Assembly (NCBI GenBank): GCA_964637295.1
Contig: CAZWWE010000001.1
Location: 20,327 to 84,326, forward strand
Reading direction: 5' to 3'
DNA length: 64,000 nucleotides
Source: an uncultured Pseudomonadales bacterium
GTDB lineage: Bacteria; Patescibacteriota; Microgenomatia; UBA1400; PJMF01
Shown: piece after piece, positions 19,426-28,646 of the stretch
Numbering within the stretch: position 1 is the first letter of the stretch
Layout of the letters: every line of letters begins with the position of its first letter
The notes under the pieces: model-generated
Told to the model about the DNA's origin: nothing
Seen by the model: only the letters and a program-made list of their open reading frames with translations
Databases searched by the model: none
Position numbers and translations under genes: made by a program

Positions 19426-20385
19426 GTGCATAAAAACTCAGTTCTATCAACCGAAGCTAGCAATTTTCTCAAAGGTTTAGCGATCCTTTTAGTCATATTG
19501 GTGCACACCCTCTCTAGTTTTCAAGAATCAGTGTTTGTCGGTTTTCATGGACGCTTTCAAACTTTAGCCGTTTTGATCGATAAAATCTGTCGATTTTCAG
19601 TGCCTTTATTCGTGGCTCTTTCTGGTTACGGTCTCAGTCAAAGATACTTCCAAAAACCACTCCATTTTGGCGAATTTTTGCGTCATCGACTATGGAAGCT
19701 AATCCCCAAATATTTACTCTGGTCTGCAATTATGATTTTGGCCGTCAAAATCATTCCTGCTTGGCACTCGGATCGCCCTAGTCCGCCTTTATCATTACTT
19801 TTGCTTTTGGGCTATGCTGACTATCATTTATATTTTGTGCCGATGATTTTGCAACTTTATTTATTATTTCCCATCTTGCGCTTTTTTTATGGAAGATGGC
19901 CCAATTTAACTTTATTTTTAGCTTTATTAATTCAAATTATGTGGTTTGCCAGCTTTAGTTATCAACAAAAATTACCTTTTAATTGGTCGATTTTTGCGGC
20001 TGATCACGAGCAATATCTGTGGGCCAGTAATTGGATTTTTTATTTTGTTTTGGGCATGGCTCTGCCAAGAATTTTAATTTGGCTCAGACAAAAAACCTTT
20101 GTTTGGAATTTAATTCTAATAACCTGCCTACTAATTGGCTGGCTCGCTTTAAGCATCAATGCGATTGCTCGTATTCAGATGGGCATTGATCCTTTATTAG
20201 TTTTGCGTTTTACTCAGTACAGCATGATTGCTTGGGTAAGTTTAGGCATTATTAGCTTGAGTTTTTTTGCCAGTCAATTAAAAACTGTGCCCAAAATCAT
20301 GCTTTGGCTTGGTCAAAAATCTTATGATCTCTATCTAAGTCACACCCTTTTACTTCGCCTCGTTTTTAGCTTCTTTGTTTGGTAA
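19426..20385 (+). CDS. acyltransferase-3 family membrane O-acyltransferase
   Basis: About 10 TM helices. N-terminal LKGLAILLVILVHT pattern typical of the Acyl_transf_3 (OatA/OafA-like) family. Confidence 0.7.
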   Translation: MHKNSVLSTEASNFLKGLAILLVILVHTLSSFQESVFVGFHGRFQTLAVLIDKICRFSVPLFVALSGYGLSQRYFQKPLHFGEFLRHRLWKLIPKYLLWSAIMILAVKIIPAWHSDRPSPPLSLLLLLGYADYHLYFVPMILQLYLLFPILRFFYGRWPNLTLFLALLIQIMWFASFSYQQKLPFNWSIFAADHEQYLWASNWIFYFVLGMALPRILIWLRQKTFVWNLILITCLLIGWLALSINAIARIQMGIDPLLVLRFTQYSMIAWVSLGIISLSFFASQLKTVPKIMLWLGQKSYDLYLSHTLLLRLVFSFFVW

Positions 20386-20434
20386 AATACAAATTGTTTC
20401 AAGACTAGTTTCACTTGGTAGTCTTTAAAAAAAT

Positions 20435-21265
20435 ATGAGAAAAAAAATTAAATTAGTGGCCTTGTTTTTATTACTTTTAGTTTTTGGTGTTGCCGGGTTT
20501 TTATATAGCAAAAAAAAGCCCTCCAAGCAAACACCGAATGACCAAGCTGTGCCTAATCAAGTCGCACAAAAAAAAACAGAATCAACTTATTTAATTGACG
20601 GCTTTCCACTAGAAGAAATTCCTTTGTATCAGCTCAACAAAATCAGTTCAAGCAAAATTTTCATCAATACTGATCCAAAAAACACTTCTGTTTTCGACGA
20701 AAGTAATTTTGCTTATTACAATGTCGTCTTTGATTCAAATGCTAGTCAAGAAGAATTGCTTAATTACTATCGCGGCTTAATGACTCAAAAATTGGAGGAG
20801 GGCTCTAGTCAAGAAACAGTAAGAGGCTCTATCGGAGCCTATAAGGTGTCAATTAGCCATTACGGAGATCAAACTGCTTATTTACAAGTGCATTTACCCG
20901 ATTATCAAGATGCTCGCTTGACTCAATATTTTACTGAATTTCCCAAGATTTTTGAGGTAAATGAAACTCTGCTTAGTGAAGCTGAAAAATCTTATGGACT
21001 GCTCAATCAAAAAGGTGGAGAACTTGAATTTACTAAATATTTTACTGTAATTGACAGTGGTGATCAAAATCAAGACGGGCAAGACGATGTGGACGAGTTT
21101 GCTCTGTTGCTCAAAGAAGCTCAAGAAAAAAATCAAGCTAAAACCAATTACACTTTTGATGAAAAAACTGCTACTATGCAGTGGTCAGAACAAAACTTTA
21201 ATATTACCCTGGCTTTTGCCAAAAATCATCAGCGCCTCTACCTAATGCTACGTCAAAATATCTAG
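20435..21265 (+). CDS. hypothetical membrane-anchored extracellular protein
   Basis: N-terminal TM/signal anchor (LVALFLLLLVFGVAGFL), then a hydrophilic domain. No recognisable motif. Confidence 0.45.
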   Translation: MRKKIKLVALFLLLLVFGVAGFLYSKKKPSKQTPNDQAVPNQVAQKKTESTYLIDGFPLEEIPLYQLNKISSSKIFINTDPKNTSVFDESNFAYYNVVFDSNASQEELLNYYRGLMTQKLEEGSSQETVRGSIGAYKVSISHYGDQTAYLQVHLPDYQDARLTQYFTEFPKIFEVNETLLSEAEKSYGLLNQKGGELEFTKYFTVIDSGDQNQDGQDDVDEFALLLKEAQEKNQAKTNYTFDEKTATMQWSEQNFNITLAFAKNHQRLYLMLRQNI

Positions 21266-21482
21266 AAAGACCAAAAACAATGATAGAAATAGGTGGAAAA
21301 AAACCAACATTGGAACAAGCCACGAAGGAAGAAATTATTGCTGCTTATCAACAACTTTGTGCCGGTGATAAGAGCAACAACAAAGCAATTGAAATACTCA
21401 TTGAGAGGTTTGGAGAAGAAGCGGTTATTGAAGTCATGCCCAAGATCTTTAAATAGATGAAGAGTTAAAAAAAATTTGATTA

Positions 21483-21567
21483 GGAGAGATCGCATAGTGG
21501 CCGAGTGCAGCGGTTTACTAAACCGCCATAGCGCAAGCTATCCAGGGTTCGAATCCCTGTCTCTCCG
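21483..21567 (+). tRNA. type II (Ser-class) tRNA with apparent anticodon ACU
   Basis: Acceptor ggagaga/tctctcc, discriminator G. 3-bp D stem. Anticodon stem gcggt/accgc with loop ttACTaa. Long variable arm. T arm caggg-ttcgaat-ccctg. Confidence 0.65.
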
Positions 21568-21871
21568 CAAAGATCTGAAGCTTAATAAAACCGATAGCAC
21601 TTGTTAAAAGTAAAGTGTTTCTCATTCTTTCGCTAAACTTACTTCCTCAAGAATAACATCGTCTATCTCAATAGTTTCTTTTGTGAAATCGCGAATCTCT
21701 TTAGATAAAGATATTTTAAAAACAAAATTATTTAAAGTAGCCAAGTTAGATAAAACTTCTCCAGTGATAGTGAAAATGCCTACAATCGTTGACGAAACAA
21801 AAATACTTGTTGCTGAAAAGTATGGTAAAAATATTTCTCCAATTCTCCTGTGTATATCTGCTCTCTACAAA

Positions 21872-22957
21872 CTAGCCCTCTCGATTTTTGACAAAACTAA
21901 ACAAATCTAGCAATAATTTTTTTGCCTCCAAGTTAAGACTTGTTTGATCAAGCAGACTCATAAAATTTACTTCATATTGCTCAATCATCTGAGTAATTTT
22001 TTGGACAATCTTTAGATCACGCAGGGCTTTTTGCGTGGCTTCAATTTGTTTTTGGCTCAGTTTAGTTTGGCCAAAATATTGGAGCACCTGTCGATAAGCT
22101 TGATTTTTATTTTGGCGCAAAGCTTGGGTTAAAAAATAAAGATGAAAAGTTTTTTTATTTTCAATAATGTCGTTGCCTAAATTTTTACCCGTGATTTTAG
22201 GGTCGCCAAATAAGCTTAATTGATCATCAGTGATTTGAAAAACCATACCTAAGGCTTCAGAGGCTTGGTCTAACAAAATCAAATCTTTTTCTGGCAAATC
22301 AGCTAATAAGGCGGCTAAAATAATTGGCACCGTAAAGGTGTAGCGGGCAGTTTTATATTGATAAATGGTTTTAATGGCTTTTAAGTTTACGCGACTTTGC
22401 TTTTTACCTAGAAGCACTTCTTCCCACTGTGCGAAGCCGAGATGACTATATTCTTGCGACAATAAATTGAAAATGGCTTGTCGTTTTTGATCAACTGATT
22501 TGGCAATTTCACCAAAAGCAATAAAAAAACACACATCGGTGGCACATAATAAAGCACTGGTAGCATAGTGCTTTGGATTTTTAATCTGTTGCAAACGCGC
22601 CAAGCGCAATCTTTGACTAAAGAAAGTAATCATGCCGCGTCTTTGACTATCCTGATCCATATAATCGTCTTGAATTAATAAACTGCTGTGAATCAGTTCT
22701 AGAGCCGCAGCAATCGGCAAATATTGCTTCATTTTGCTTTTCAGATCAGGCTTCACGACACTTAGAAATTCCAAGAAAAGCCCACCGCGCACGGTTTTAC
22801 CAGCAATTAAAAACTGATCCAAGTAATCAAAAGTTGCTTTAGCCACGGAATGCTGATTATAAATTTCTCTTTGTTCATTAATTAATTGCTTGATATATAG
22901 ATCTATTTGCTTTTTTCTCTTTTCAAGAAAAATTAATTGTTTTTTTGCCATAAACAC
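21872..22957 (-). CDS. polyprenyl diphosphate synthase (GGPP/FPP synthase family, CrtE/IspA-like)
   Basis: First Asp-rich motif LLIQDDYMDQD. Second motif GMVFQITDDQLSLFGD, matching the GxxFQxxDDxxD consensus. Confidence 0.7.
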   Translation of the reverse strand: MFMAKKQLIFLEKRKKQIDLYIKQLINEQREIYNQHSVAKATFDYLDQFLIAGKTVRGGLFLEFLSVVKPDLKSKMKQYLPIAAALELIHSSLLIQDDYMDQDSQRRGMITFFSQRLRLARLQQIKNPKHYATSALLCATDVCFFIAFGEIAKSVDQKRQAIFNLLSQEYSHLGFAQWEEVLLGKKQSRVNLKAIKTIYQYKTARYTFTVPIILAALLADLPEKDLILLDQASEALGMVFQITDDQLSLFGDPKITGKNLGNDIIENKKTFHLYFLTQALRQNKNQAYRQVLQYFGQTKLSQKQIEATQKALRDLKIVQKITQMIEQYEVNFMSLLDQTSLNLEAKKLLLDLFSFVKNREG

Positions 22958-23606
22958 TTTTTAAAATTAATAAATAAAACATCATTCCATAAATAAAATC
23001 TTCCAGTGGAATGGTCAAAATCATTAAGCCACTTTTATAAATTGGATTATAAGTCACAATTGGCAAAGCTGTTAAATAATAATTAAAAATTAAAGTCATG
23101 AAAACAGTAAACAGCAAAGCCAAAAATTCTGCTTTGCTTAAATTCAATAAATCTTTTAGCAAGATCAACATCAGCAACAACATACTAGCGGAGTACCACC
23201 ACGATTGACTCAAGGCAAATAACAATAAAATTGCTAAAACTAGATACAAAATAAATAAGCACAAGTGATTTTTACTTTGCCAAGCTTTTTGGCTCAAATT
23301 TTGCCAATTTAATAAAGGCAAATTTTCCAAAAAAGTTAATAAACCAAAAGGCACAGTGATAAAAAACAAAATTTCTTCGATGGGCAGTTTAAAAATTTTT
23401 GGCAAAGGCAAAACATAAAAATCATTAAAAAACCACCAATGATTGCTAACCAAAGCATCATTGAGCACAAAAAGCAAAGTTACTGGCAAAATTTTGGGTA
23501 AAAGCTTGATTGGCAAAGTCATTTTTCTATAAAAAAGTTTGGCTACTAAAATTGAGCCCAAAACTAAAATATGAAAGAATAAATAAGAAAAATTGTTGAA
23601 TTGCAT
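22923..23606 (-). CDS. lycopene cyclase domain protein (fused CrtYcd-type)
   Basis: Multi-TM protein with two PxEE-type motifs (LPIEEILFFITVPF and TIPLEDFIYGMMF), diagnostic of the heterodimeric-type carotenoid cyclase domain. Confidence 0.55.
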   Translation of the reverse strand: MQFNNFSYLFFHILVLGSILVAKLFYRKMTLPIKLLPKILPVTLLFVLNDALVSNHWWFFNDFYVLPLPKIFKLPIEEILFFITVPFGLLTFLENLPLLNWQNLSQKAWQSKNHLCLFILYLVLAILLLFALSQSWWYSASMLLLMLILLKDLLNLSKAEFLALLFTVFMTLIFNYYLTALPIVTYNPIYKSGLMILTIPLEDFIYGMMFYLLILKSVYGKKTINFS

Positions 23607-23610
23607 ATTT

Positions 23611-24468
23611 CTAATACCTTAAACATAAAAAAACATTTTTAAGTAGAGTCAAGAAAACGATCAATTTCGAAGGCTTAATTTTTTGTTCAAAAACCTTTAG
23701 CGGTTGCTTGGCAATGCGTCTTGCTGTCCACTGATATAAATCAGCGGTGGTTTTGATAGGCACTAAACTTAAATAAGGAATATAAGCATAACCTCGCTCT
23801 GCAAATTTTTGTTTAGCCTGATAAAGTTTAATTTCAAAACGAATCAAAGCAATGATTTTTTTTCGCTCTGTCTCATCACCAAGATTGAGTGAGCAAAAAT
23901 TTTTTAATTGAAATTTTTGCAAATCAGACACAGGCAAATACTGTCTTTGTAATTCGCAGTCTTCTTTGAGATCACGAATAAAATTGATGTGTTGCATCGC
24001 TGCTCCCAAAGCACGAGCGTAAACGAAAGCTTGTTCATTTAGCTCTAAAATTTTTGCCATCATCAACCCAATAGTTTCAGCGCTGCCATGGACATATTTA
24101 GCGAGCTCTGCTTCATTTTGATAAATCAGCCATTGCTTGGGTTTTTGTAAATCACTGGACATGGAATGAAAAAAAGCCTCAACCCAAGCAAGATCAAAGT
24201 TTTTAACTTTGGCTAATTTAACGAAACGCTGAATATATAAATTATGATCGTTGGCGATCATTTTTTTGCCTTGAAAACAGGCGCGAGTGTTATTAATAAA
24301 AAGGGTTAAGTTTTTTCGATCCTGAGGTATTTGATCCACAAAATTATCAGCAATTCTCACAAAAGCGTATAAATCTCTAACTTGTTGGAAAATCTTTTTC
24401 TGAAAAAACAAACTACTGTAATAATAGGTTGTGCTAGAATTTTTAAATACTTCTTGACTCTCGTTCAT
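23611..24468 (-). CDS. phytoene / dehydrosqualene synthase (CrtB/CrtM family)
   Basis: YAFVRIADNFVD corresponds to the first YAFCRxxDDxxD motif, with a D->N change. MQHINFIRDLKEDCELQRQYLP corresponds to the second motif (RDxxED...GRxYLP). Confidence 0.7.
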   Translation of the reverse strand: MNESQEVFKNSSTTYYYSSLFFQKKIFQQVRDLYAFVRIADNFVDQIPQDRKNLTLFINNTRACFQGKKMIANDHNLYIQRFVKLAKVKNFDLAWVEAFFHSMSSDLQKPKQWLIYQNEAELAKYVHGSAETIGLMMAKILELNEQAFVYARALGAAMQHINFIRDLKEDCELQRQYLPVSDLQKFQLKNFCSLNLGDETERKKIIALIRFEIKLYQAKQKFAERGYAYIPYLSLVPIKTTADLYQWTARRIAKQPLKVFEQKIKPSKLIVFLTLLKNVFLCLRY

Positions 24469-25958
24469 GTTGACGATTCATTGGTAATTAAATCTGCGAC
24501 GTATTTGGCAGATAAAAGCACCATTGGCACTCCCACACCGGGTTGGGTAAATTGCCCAGTATAGTATAAACCGCGCAAATGCTTGGATTTCATATTGGGC
24601 CGCAAAAAAACGCTCTGACTTAAACGATGACTGAGACCCAAAGCATTCCCCCCGTAAGCAAAATAGTCCTTCGCGAAATCATTTTGCGCATAAATTTTTT
24701 GATAGATAATATTCTGTATAAATTTTTCACCAATTTTATTCTCCACATGAACTAAGGTTCTGGCCACATAGGCTTCCAGGTCTTGGGTAGTGGTTTTAAT
24801 GCTCACCGGCACTAGTAAAAATAAATTCTCTTGATTTGCCGGAGCGATACTGGGATCAGTGATTGAGGGAGCAGACAGGTAAAAATTGGGTTCCTCTGGC
24901 CAATGACTGCTTTTTTGAATGGTGGTGAAGTGCTGATTCCAGTTTTTTTGAAAATAAAAATTATGATGTCTCAAGCGGGTTAACTTTTTACTTATTCCTA
25001 GATAAACTAAAACGCAGGCAATCGAAAAATCCTTTTGCTGCCAATATTTTGCTGGATATTGCTGTTGATCGCTCGTTAATAAATTTAATTCCGTAAAAGG
25101 ATAATCAGCACTGGAAACAACGATATCGGCTGCGAGATGTAGTTTTTGCTTTTGGTAAAGATAATCTATACCATCGACTTTTTTTGTTTGCAATGTGCTA
25201 GTGATTTTTTGCACGGTCGCTTCTTTGATGATTTTGACCCCATGTTGCAAACAAATTTGTTCCAGAGCTTCAACTAATTTAATCATGCCGCCCATGGGAT
25301 ACCAAATTTTTTCTCGAAAATCAGCACTAATCAAAATGCTGTAGAGCGCCGGTGTAGAAAATGGTTCACCACCCAAAAAAACTGTTTGAAATTCAAAAAT
25401 TTTTTGCAAAAAAGGATCTGACACGTATTTTTTAACTAAGCGATGATAGTTTTGCAGAGGATTAAAAATTGAACAAATTTTTAAAAAATTAACCAGCAAG
25501 GAAAAATTAAAAAAATCACTGATTTTTAAATACGGTTGATCAAGAAAATGATTAACTGCTAAATCATAAACTTGATCAGTTTTACGAAGTAATTGACGAA
25601 TTTTTAGACTACTGCCTGGAGCAAGTTTTTCAAAAATCGCTAAATTCTGTTGCAAATCAGACACAAAGTCAACTGGCGCCACATCATCAACAAACACTCG
25701 ATATTTGTTTTTTAACTCTTGCAGAGTAAAAAATTTTTTAGTACTCGTGCCCAATGCTTGAAAAATGCTTTCAATCACTTCTGGCATCATGTACCAAGAA
25801 GGACCCATGTCAAAAAGAAAGCCCTTGTCTTTTAGCGCTCTAGCTCGCCCGCCCAAAGTAGCATTTTTTTCCAACAAAGTAACTTGGTGACCTTTTTTGG
25901 CCAAAAAAGCGCTTGTTGCCAAACCACTTAATCCTCCACCGATCACGGCAATTTCCAT
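24465..25958 (-). CDS. phytoene (or diapophytoene) desaturase, CrtI/CrtN family
   Basis: N-terminal FAD fold MEIAVIGGGLSGLATSAFLAKKGHQVTLLEKNATLGGRA. Length ~500 aa. Translationally coupled to the synthase. Confidence 0.75.
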   Translation of the reverse strand: MEIAVIGGGLSGLATSAFLAKKGHQVTLLEKNATLGGRARALKDKGFLFDMGPSWYMMPEVIESIFQALGTSTKKFFTLQELKNKYRVFVDDVAPVDFVSDLQQNLAIFEKLAPGSSLKIRQLLRKTDQVYDLAVNHFLDQPYLKISDFFNFSLLVNFLKICSIFNPLQNYHRLVKKYVSDPFLQKIFEFQTVFLGGEPFSTPALYSILISADFREKIWYPMGGMIKLVEALEQICLQHGVKIIKEATVQKITSTLQTKKVDGIDYLYQKQKLHLAADIVVSSADYPFTELNLLTSDQQQYPAKYWQQKDFSIACVLVYLGISKKLTRLRHHNFYFQKNWNQHFTTIQKSSHWPEEPNFYLSAPSITDPSIAPANQENLFLLVPVSIKTTTQDLEAYVARTLVHVENKIGEKFIQNIIYQKIYAQNDFAKDYFAYGGNALGLSHRLSQSVFLRPNMKSKHLRGLYYTGQFTQPGVGVPMVLLSAKYVADLITNESST

Positions 25959-26002
25959 AGCTATATGATAACAAAATCTTTACATTTCTGCCTCTCTGAT
26001 CC

Positions 26003-26725
26003 ATGATTAATCGATCTATGTCTTCACCATTCACTAGCTTACAACACAAGTTGCTTCAAAACGCTGATTCAAAAACTCAAGAATCTGGTCAAAGATTTTT
26101 TAAAGAAAAAATCAAAATATATGGCGTCAAAACCGCTACTGTGGGAAAAATTGGTAAAGAAATTTTTAAAGAAATTAAAGACGAAAATAAAAAAGTTGTT
26201 TTTGATTTCTGTGAAGAGCTTTGGCAATCAGGCTATATGGAAGAAACCTTTATCGCTTGTAACTGGTCATATAATGTCTGGAAACAATATGAAAAGGATG
26301 ATTTTGCAATTTTTGAAAGATGGATCAATCAATACATTAATAACTGGGCATCTTGTGATACTTTTTGTAACCACACTATGGGCAAATTTATCGAATTATT
26401 TCCGGAATATATTAATAAACTAAAAAAATGGACTCAGTCAAAAAATCGCTGGGTCAAAAGAGCTAGCGCCGTCTCCCTTATTATTCCTGCGAGAAACGGC
26501 CAATTCTTAAAAGATATTTTTGAAATTGCTGATAGTTTATTATTAGACCCAGACGATATGGTACAAAAAGGCTATGGCTGGTTGCTTAAAGTAGCTAGTC
26601 AAGCTCATCAACAAGAAGTTTTTGCTTACGTCATGAAGAATAAAACAGTAATGCCACGAACCGCTTTGCGTTATGCCATCGAAAAAATGCCAACCAAACT
26701 AAAGAAAAAAGCTATGGCTAAGTAA
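26003..26725 (+). CDS. DNA alkylation repair enzyme-like (HEAT-repeat AlkD/AlkC family)
   Basis: All-helical ~240-aa protein. Pattern resembles the pfam DNA_alkylation family. Moderate confidence by eye. Confidence 0.45.
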   Translation: MINRSMSSPFTSLQHKLLQNADSKTQESGQRFFKEKIKIYGVKTATVGKIGKEIFKEIKDENKKVVFDFCEELWQSGYMEETFIACNWSYNVWKQYEKDDFAIFERWINQYINNWASCDTFCNHTMGKFIELFPEYINKLKKWTQSKNRWVKRASAVSLIIPARNGQFLKDIFEIADSLLLDPDDMVQKGYGWLLKVASQAHQQEVFAYVMKNKTVMPRTALRYAIEKMPTKLKKKAMAK

Positions 26726-26729
26726 AACT

Positions 26730-27227
26730 TTAGATTGAAACTAATTCCAAAGCTTTTCTAACATTTTCGTTGTGTGCAAAAACATCACACTCTAAAGCTA
26801 GAATTTCTACCTTACTCATCCATAGCGCTCCAAAAATATCTTCCAGTTTGGCAGGATTTTTATTTATATCTATTACCTGTTCACCAGATAACTCACACTG
26901 ATACCCCATGCAAATAATCTGCACACTAGAACTTGGGTCTTCAAAGCTAGGAATCACAAAATCCCAATTACCAACTGGTCTGCCTATTTTAATTTGTAAA
27001 CCAACTTCTTCCATTACTTCACGCTTCAGGGCTTCTTCTAGTTTTTCACCCGGCTCAATTCCACCACCTGGCAAATCATAAATAATCGTTTCTTCACCAA
27101 AACGCTTTACTCGTTCTTTAACTACTAAAATTTTACCATCATGCACAATGAAAGCTTTTATTCCAGGACGAATAAATTTGACTGGCAGACTAGAATTTGG
27201 TGAAAAATTATTCTCCATCAACGCCAT
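26730..27227 (-). CDS. NUDIX hydrolase
   Basis: Nudix box GGGIEPGEKLEEALKREVMEEVGL (Gx5Ex7REUxEExGU). Confidence 0.75.
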   Translation of the reverse strand: MALMENNFSPNSSLPVKFIRPGIKAFIVHDGKILVVKERVKRFGEETIIYDLPGGGIEPGEKLEEALKREVMEEVGLQIKIGRPVGNWDFVIPSFEDPSSSVQIICMGYQCELSGEQVIDINKNPAKLEDIFGALWMSKVEILALECDVFAHNENVRKALELVSI

Positions 27228-28002
27228 AATCTTTCATCATTTGTTCTAGCTCTGCTTGAGAAGGCATCTTGCCACCCTCTACAGCACTGCCATCTGGCGC
27301 ATCAAACATCGGCATTTCTTTAATAGGTGATGGCTTAGAAATCTGCACTGTTTCATATTTGTATTCCATCACATTAGATCCACCCTCAAAACTGAATTCC
27401 ATTTTACGAGCCAAGTGTTCTTTGGTATCAATCCAAACATAACTTTTGCTGCCATCTTCGCCCATCGTATCAATGATTTCATACTTATCACAGGTCAAAT
27501 TACCACAAGCCTCACTGCCAATTTTGTTAATCTGCATATCTAGATTATCTTCATTATAAGTAGCTTGAATCTCTACTAAACTTTCTTTAGGATCACTAAA
27601 ATTACCATCAGCATCACCTACAGAATACCAAGCATTGTCCTTTAGATCTTTAAAATAAGTTACTCCGCCAAAAGAAATCATGCTGGATTCTAATTGGCCA
27701 TCTTTATAGCTATTAACTTCCATGTCACTACCCAGCATTTTCATTTCGCTAGTACTCGTACCATATTGACCCAAGTTGGCCACTGTCTTAATGATGACGC
27801 CTTTTTCCATGGCTTTGGCTTGAGCGACAAAATAAGCACAAACATCTTTATCATATTTACAATCAGCTAGCATTTCAGTTACAACAGCTTTTTCTGCGGC
27901 TTTTTCTACTACTGACGGCTGTTTTTTTTGACTCAAAAAATAATAAGCAGCTCCAGCCAAAATCAATGTTAATAATAAAATAAGGGGAAGTTTTTGCTTC
28001 AT
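27208..28002 (-). CDS. hypothetical membrane-anchored extracellular protein
   Basis: N-terminal anchor LPLILLLTLILAGAAYYFL. The rest is hydrophilic. No motif. Confidence 0.45.
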   Translation of the reverse strand: MKQKLPLILLLTLILAGAAYYFLSQKKQPSVVEKAAEKAVVTEMLADCKYDKDVCAYFVAQAKAMEKGVIIKTVANLGQYGTSTSEMKMLGSDMEVNSYKDGQLESSMISFGGVTYFKDLKDNAWYSVGDADGNFSDPKESLVEIQATYNEDNLDMQINKIGSEACGNLTCDKYEIIDTMGEDGSKSYVWIDTKEHLARKMEFSFEGGSNVMEYKYETVQISKPSPIKEMPMFDAPDGSAVEGGKMPSQAELEQMMKDYGVDGE

Positions 28003-28109
28003 TTGAAACCTTTTTAGTTAATAGCTATCTAAGGCCTCATTCTAAGGAAGAAGAGTTGTTTTGTAAAGCACATTGACTCAAACTGAACCCAGAGGTTATA
28101 GTAAATCAT

Positions 28110-28532
28110 ATGCAATGGATTCTTTTCGCTAGCTTATCTGCTATTTTTGCCGCTTTAACTGCTATTCTCGCCAAAATTGGGATTAAAGACGTCAATTCAA
28201 ATTTAGCCACTGCCATTCGTACTACGGTAATTTTAGTTTTTAGCTGGGGTATTGTAGCGGCTCAAAAAAATCTTGGACAAATCGCCCATATCAGCAAGCA
28301 TTCGATGCTGTTTTTAGTTTTATCTGGCTTAGCTACCGGTCTTTCTTGGTTGTTTTACTTTCGTGCTCTGCAACTCGGCGAAGCCAGCAAAGTCGTTCCG
28401 ATCGACAAATTAAGTTTGGTGATCACGCTCATTTTTGCCGCCATTTTTCTTAAAGAACAATTTACTCTTTACACCGCTTTGGGAGCAATTTTAATGACCG
28501 CTGGCGCTTTAATAATTGCTTTTGCCAAATAA
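28110..28532 (+). CDS. small EamA-like (DMT superfamily) transporter
   Basis: 140 aa, four hydrophobic helices, EamA-like pattern. Confidence 0.55.
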   Translation: MQWILFASLSAIFAALTAILAKIGIKDVNSNLATAIRTTVILVFSWGIVAAQKNLGQIAHISKHSMLFLVLSGLATGLSWLFYFRALQLGEASKVVPIDKLSLVITLIFAAIFLKEQFTLYTALGAILMTAGALIIAFAK

Positions 28533-28646
28533 TTTCCTCTTGTTAGCACTATTTGACAAAGACTGCTAAATTTGCTTTAATACTACTTAGCAATCGACTA
28601 TAGCGATTGCCAAAAATTATTAATTAGTTTAAAAAAGGAGCAAATT

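Noticed and set aside
21683-21910. 75-aa plus-strand ORF between the tRNA at 21483 and the polyprenyl synthase.
   Set aside because: It overlaps the 3' end of the convergent synthase gene and has no recognisable motif. It is probably intergenic or spurious, though a small protein cannot be excluded.
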